This document shows positions 35,748-39,568 of a stretch of 39,568 nucleotides of DNA, in pieces. The translations under genes and the position numbers were made by a program. The notes below the pieces were generated by a model that saw only the letters and a list, made by a program, of their open reading frames with translations, was not told the origin of the DNA and searched no databases. Origin of the DNA: a candidate division WWE3 bacterium (lineage in GTDB: Bacteria; Patescibacteriota; WWE3; UBA101185; UBA10185); NCBI GenBank assembly GCA_052035175.1, contig JBPOHV010000001.1, positions 1 to 39,568 of the forward strand. Direction: 5' to 3'. How positions within the stretch are numbered: position 1 is the stretch's first letter; each line of letters starts with the position of its first letter.

Positions 35748-38624
35748 TTAATTAGCGTTAGGGTTCCCACCCAACATTTGGAAGAAAGTCATAGCAGCAG
35801 TAAGAGCACCAGGGCTTTCGTATTCAAGAGGTGATGGGCATGCTGGCCACATACTATGCGCACTATTAGCTTCATCTGCACAAAATAAATCTGCTCTAGT
35901 ACCATCTGTTGGATAAATAAGAGACATATTGCCGTATCTTGGAGAATATTTATTCATAGCATAAGTATTATCTTCACCCAAATAAAATTCTGGGCAATGG
36001 TCATAACCTGTAACCGCAGCAATAAGTGGCGGATCATATGCACTCCATGGGCCTTTCCAATCGCATTGTGCATTACCAGGACCATTATACTTTTCAAATC
36101 CACCTATAATATCTTCGACAGTCCACGAGCCTGGCTCACCACCGACTAAACTTTTAAAATATCCCATATAAGTAGCTGCATCTTCGGGCAAATCGGCCTC
36201 AGAAATATCATGGCCATCTTTCAAAGAAAGATAAGGCTTATTGCCACCTTCTCTAAAATGAATTGCTGCAGCAATTATACAAGGAACGCCAGTTTGTTCT
36301 TCGGCATATGCATACGCTTGTGCAACTTGATCGGTGTATGGCGCAATAGGTGTACTGCCTACATAATTAAACGCATCGGGCAACGTAGATCGTGAGAGTA
36401 TTTCTTCAAAAGAAGTTTTATCACATATGCCAGAGATTTCTGGTCCTGTGTATGGGTTGATCATTATTGGAAGTAAATCTTCTGGTTCTTCAGTTGTCGG
36501 CATACGCTTTGCAAAACGCATACTATCGGTGTTGGCAGTACCCTGAACCGGGCTCGAAATACCATATTTTATTTCTTGTGTATTAGGACCACTGTTTGTA
36601 ACATCACTTTTTGCAAAAGCTGTACCACCAATACTATTCTTTGATTCATAAGGAACAGTAAACATGTCTTTTATGCCCTGAGTTGTATACCCAATACTTT
36701 CACCAGAAGTTCCTTGGATCTTGGTCTCGGCTGACATGGTGACACCAATAGTTCCATCGCATGTATATGCATAAATAGGTATTTGACCTACAGTTGTGCA
36801 GTTAGTGCTACCTGGGGGATCGCAAACTACAGTTTCTTCACAATATTCCAGATTACCGCACCCGCCAGCTTGATCTTCATAATGGTCTAGTGGTACACAG
36901 CTTTCACCCAAATTGTCATATACGTTGGGCAAAGCTACTTGGAATTGCGCTAAAACATTTGCAAATAAGTTCGCCAAAGCACCAGATAAACCTACACCAT
37001 AAAATGTGTTGGGGCTTGGAGTTTGCTCGGTTGTTATTTTATAACCAGAAGAAGTAGGATGACCTTCCAAGCCATATGCAGGCTCTGGCATGCTGCATGC
37101 CCCACCCTCTAATGTCGAACAAGTACAATGCACACTACCTATGCCCAAGCGACTAATACCTGGAACAGTACCCGCTAAAATAATTTGACTTTGTAATCCT
37201 CCAGATGTTGGAAAAGCAAAATTACCAGAGACCGATGCAGCAACATATTCTGTTTCTGCGTCACCGGGATGCACTATGTAATTACAAGCGTTAAATGGCT
37301 TATCTGCAATGGCACTAGTAGCCGTCAATTCTCGGCAATCTTCTCCATCGTTACCACCAAAATTATATGCAGAGTCTGTAGTTCCTTTATACTTTTGCTT
37401 TGTGGTACTAAGCTTTTTCGTCAAATCTATATTTCTACTGATCTCGTATACACGTTGAAAAGGAAAATCTGGATCTCCGTATTCAAATTGCGCTAGTTTT
37501 TTTACAGAACCGCCAGAAACACATATCTCAGTTGAGTTTTTCACAGCTTCAGGAATAGCTTCAAACATTTCTTGTATTTCACCTGGAAATGCCATACCTG
37601 CAGCAAGTCCAGCAACATTTGCATAATTGAAATTTGGATCACCGCCAGTACTTACAAGTTTGTAACCCGCAGTTATAGTCGAACAATAAGGTAATGGTGG
37701 ATTACCGCCTTCGCCTTCTTTAATAACCTTTTGTGGGATATAACCAGGATTAAACAACTGGTCTGCAGCCAATGTACCACGACGATCGTCTAAAAATTTT
37801 AAACTATGCCTACCTTCAATCGGCTGACTAGTAGCTTGCGTTAACTCGGATGGAACATCGTCAGGGTTTATATCATTTGGATCAAATGTGTTATCTCCAC
37901 TAGAAAACACTTCATCTAAATAACTTACAAAGTGAGAAAAATTTGCATATTTATCAGAAAGTGGGCCTGATGCCCCACCAACAGCGCGATCAACACCACA
38001 TTGTAAATACCCATCTTCATCAACATAACCCAACGGTGCCGGTGCGAGTGTATCTAGTGCTACACTGCTGGTAACTGCATACTCTTGGCAAGGAACACCC
38101 ATGTTAAACGAACCCTCACTCAAAGAGACTGTGTCTACTTTGAATAAATCTACTAAATATTTTTTCTGACCATCTGGTGTAACACAAAATACACCTAAAT
38201 AATTGTTGATACTGCTCTTTCTAATAGGGATCATGAACTCACCTTCATTATTTGACCAAACCTGTACATAAGGCTTGTCTAATGATCCTGTTAATACTTC
38301 TTCATATGTTGTAAAAAACACACCTTTCACGGGCTCACCTGGCTTTTTAAACCCTTTCGCCTGTAAAAACGGATCGTCAGGCTGCACACTATAAGTACGA
38401 CCGCATAAAAATATGTGTGTTAATGGACTAAACTGCTGAACACCCCAGTCCATATAACCTGCCAAAAGTAGCTTACCTTTTTCTGAATCTGGATCTGGGC
38501 AATACCTACCAGATACAAAATAATCTGGTACCTGCAACTCCACAGGTGCAGCATGCGCAAATACTGGTGTAAATACAAATGTAAGTATAAGTAAAGATAA
38601 TGAAATGAAAAAAGATTTCTTCAT
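35748..38624 (-). CDS. 958-aa secreted protein with a C-terminal lysozyme/lytic-transglycosylase-like domain
   Basis: Signal peptide (AHA), many Cys, AYAYAEEQTGVPCIIAAAIHFREGG and later KYNGPG resembling the SLT/GH23 core. Confidence 0.55.
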   Translation of the reverse strand: MKKSFFISLSLLILTFVFTPVFAHAAPVELQVPDYFVSGRYCPDPDSEKGKLLLAGYMDWGVQQFSPLTHIFLCGRTYSVQPDDPFLQAKGFKKPGEPVKGVFFTTYEEVLTGSLDKPYVQVWSNNEGEFMIPIRKSSINNYLGVFCVTPDGQKKYLVDLFKVDTVSLSEGSFNMGVPCQEYAVTSSVALDTLAPAPLGYVDEDGYLQCGVDRAVGGASGPLSDKYANFSHFVSYLDEVFSSGDNTFDPNDINPDDVPSELTQATSQPIEGRHSLKFLDDRRGTLAADQLFNPGYIPQKVIKEGEGGNPPLPYCSTITAGYKLVSTGGDPNFNYANVAGLAAGMAFPGEIQEMFEAIPEAVKNSTEICVSGGSVKKLAQFEYGDPDFPFQRVYEISRNIDLTKKLSTTKQKYKGTTDSAYNFGGNDGEDCRELTATSAIADKPFNACNYIVHPGDAETEYVAASVSGNFAFPTSGGLQSQIILAGTVPGISRLGIGSVHCTCSTLEGGACSMPEPAYGLEGHPTSSGYKITTEQTPSPNTFYGVGLSGALANLFANVLAQFQVALPNVYDNLGESCVPLDHYEDQAGGCGNLEYCEETVVCDPPGSTNCTTVGQIPIYAYTCDGTIGVTMSAETKIQGTSGESIGYTTQGIKDMFTVPYESKNSIGGTAFAKSDVTNSGPNTQEIKYGISSPVQGTANTDSMRFAKRMPTTEEPEDLLPIMINPYTGPEISGICDKTSFEEILSRSTLPDAFNYVGSTPIAPYTDQVAQAYAYAEEQTGVPCIIAAAIHFREGGNKPYLSLKDGHDISEADLPEDAATYMGYFKSLVGGEPGSWTVEDIIGGFEKYNGPGNAQCDWKGPWSAYDPPLIAAVTGYDHCPEFYLGEDNTYAMNKYSPRYGNMSLIYPTDGTRADLFCADEANSAHSMWPACPSPLEYESPGALTAAMTFFQMLGGNPNAN

Positions 38625-38682
38625 GTGCCTGTATTATATCAACATAGTATAATGAACGGGTAGAGAAAAGGTCAAACCTCTT

Positions 38683-39568
38683 ATGTCAACTGCTCAAAAG
38701 ATTTTCAAAAAGATAATACTTTTATCACTCATAGTATTTATTGCTGTTGCAACAACCAATTTAAAAAGTGTTTTTGCAAATGGCTGTGACGCAATATCAG
38801 ATATAGATGACAAAGCCGAATGCCTTGAAAAAGAAATAGCAGAAAAAGAAAAGGACTATGAATCTACAAGCAAAAAACTCGAAGATATACGTAAAGATAA
38901 AGATGAAGTCAATAAACAAATCGCAAACTTGGCAGGTCAACTAAATGTTACACAAAGCCAAATAGACGATTTGGCAAAAAAGATAGCTGATATGCAAAAG
39001 GCTTTGGAAGAAATCCAAACCAATCTAACAGATCGTCGGGTAAAATTGAGCGATAAAATAGATTTGCGAAACAGAGTCATCAGAAACTATTCAAAACGTG
39101 GACACCTAAGTGATTTTGATTTGATATTTGGTGGGAATTTCCAATTGGCTTCAACAACCGAAATGTTTAACCAAAAAGTAACTTCAGAAACCCTTAAAAT
39201 AATAGGAGCACTAAACTCAGAAATCACAAGCTTCGAAAACGACAAAAAAGAAGCAGAAGATATCAAAGTCGAGCTTGTTACATCACAAAACAACTTAATC
39301 GCTGCAAAAGTAGAAATGGATAACAAAAAATTGGCAGCACAATCAGAGTTTAATGTTTTATCGTCATCAGAAGAAGACCACGAAGAAGAGTTAGAAGAAA
39401 TTGAGAGAGAAATAGCCGAGTTATCAAAAAAACAACAAGAAATACTAAATCAAAAGTCAGGAGATAGTAGCGGATCTGTAGGTGACTATGAGTCTCCAGA
39501 TGCAAACGTACCAAACCCACCTTTCAAACCTGCGTTTGCAGCATTTAGTTATGGTGCATACACACATT
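38683..39568 (+). CDS. Secreted coiled-coil protein, probably SpoIID/LytB-type (3' truncated by the window)
   Basis: Open frame from ATG 38683 to the window end: signal peptide, long heptad coiled coil, then PAFAAFSYGAYTH. Confidence 0.6.
   Translation, partial: MSTAQKIFKKIILLSLIVFIAVATTNLKSVFANGCDAISDIDDKAECLEKEIAEKEKDYESTSKKLEDIRKDKDEVNKQIANLAGQLNVTQSQIDDLAKKIADMQKALEEIQTNLTDRRVKLSDKIDLRNRVIRNYSKRGHLSDFDLIFGGNFQLASTTEMFNQKVTSETLKIIGALNSEITSFENDKKEAEDIKVELVTSQNNLIAAKVEMDNKKLAAQSEFNVLSSSEEDHEEELEEIEREIAELSKKQQEILNQKSGDSSGSVGDYESPDANVPNPPFKPAFAAFSYGAYTH

Noticed and set aside
27198-38624. Pilin/VirB6 locus as an ICE integrated at ssrA
   Set aside because: It lies upstream of smpB-ssrA, outside the att pair, with no relaxase, ATPase or integrase
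1-39568. Alternative genetic code (UGA=Gly, as in Gracilibacteria/Absconditabacteria)
   Set aside because: Conserved genes are full length in code 11, and TGA ends ORFs cleanly (24077, and 24375 with an ATGA overlap)

Overview
AT-rich bacterial chromosome segment, standard genetic code. It is most likely a Patescibacteria/CPR genome (WWE3/Microgenomates-like); this is inferred from gene style, the VirB2-like pilin array and small conserved ORFs, not from a marker gene. It has three zones. (1) 1-18.6 kb housekeeping: two glycoside hydrolases, mutL-mutS, pgi, a GT-C glycosyltransferase, dnaG-rpoD, a C39-like peptidase, mscL, dcd, manC, comF, a Ca2+/Na+ antiporter and four tRNAs (Ser-GGA, Ser-CGA, Arg-GCG, Ser-GCT). 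A candidate ~70-nt sRNA with its own promoter and terminator lies behind rpoD. (2) 18.7-27.1 kb accessory hotspot around tRNA-Ala(CGC) and ssrA-smpB. A 4.65-kb element with a large serine recombinase (LSR) sits in the last bases of tmRNA. Its integrase gene crosses the att site, so the integrated and excised forms would have different C-terminal tails; the alternative tail is still readable, in frame, at the far junction. An integrase-less sister islet at tRNA-Ala carries a homologous orphan tail. Small hairpin inserts duplicate tRNA ends at two loci. (3) 27.2-39.6 kb envelope locus: a VirB6/TrbL-like protein, five VirB2/TrbC-like pilins (two fused through poly-Gly linkers to Cys-rich domains) and three predicted cell-wall enzymes. 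At least eight genes have a -10 hexamer exactly 6 nt before the ATG, which suggests widespread leaderless mRNAs. All family calls come from motif recognition; no searches were run.
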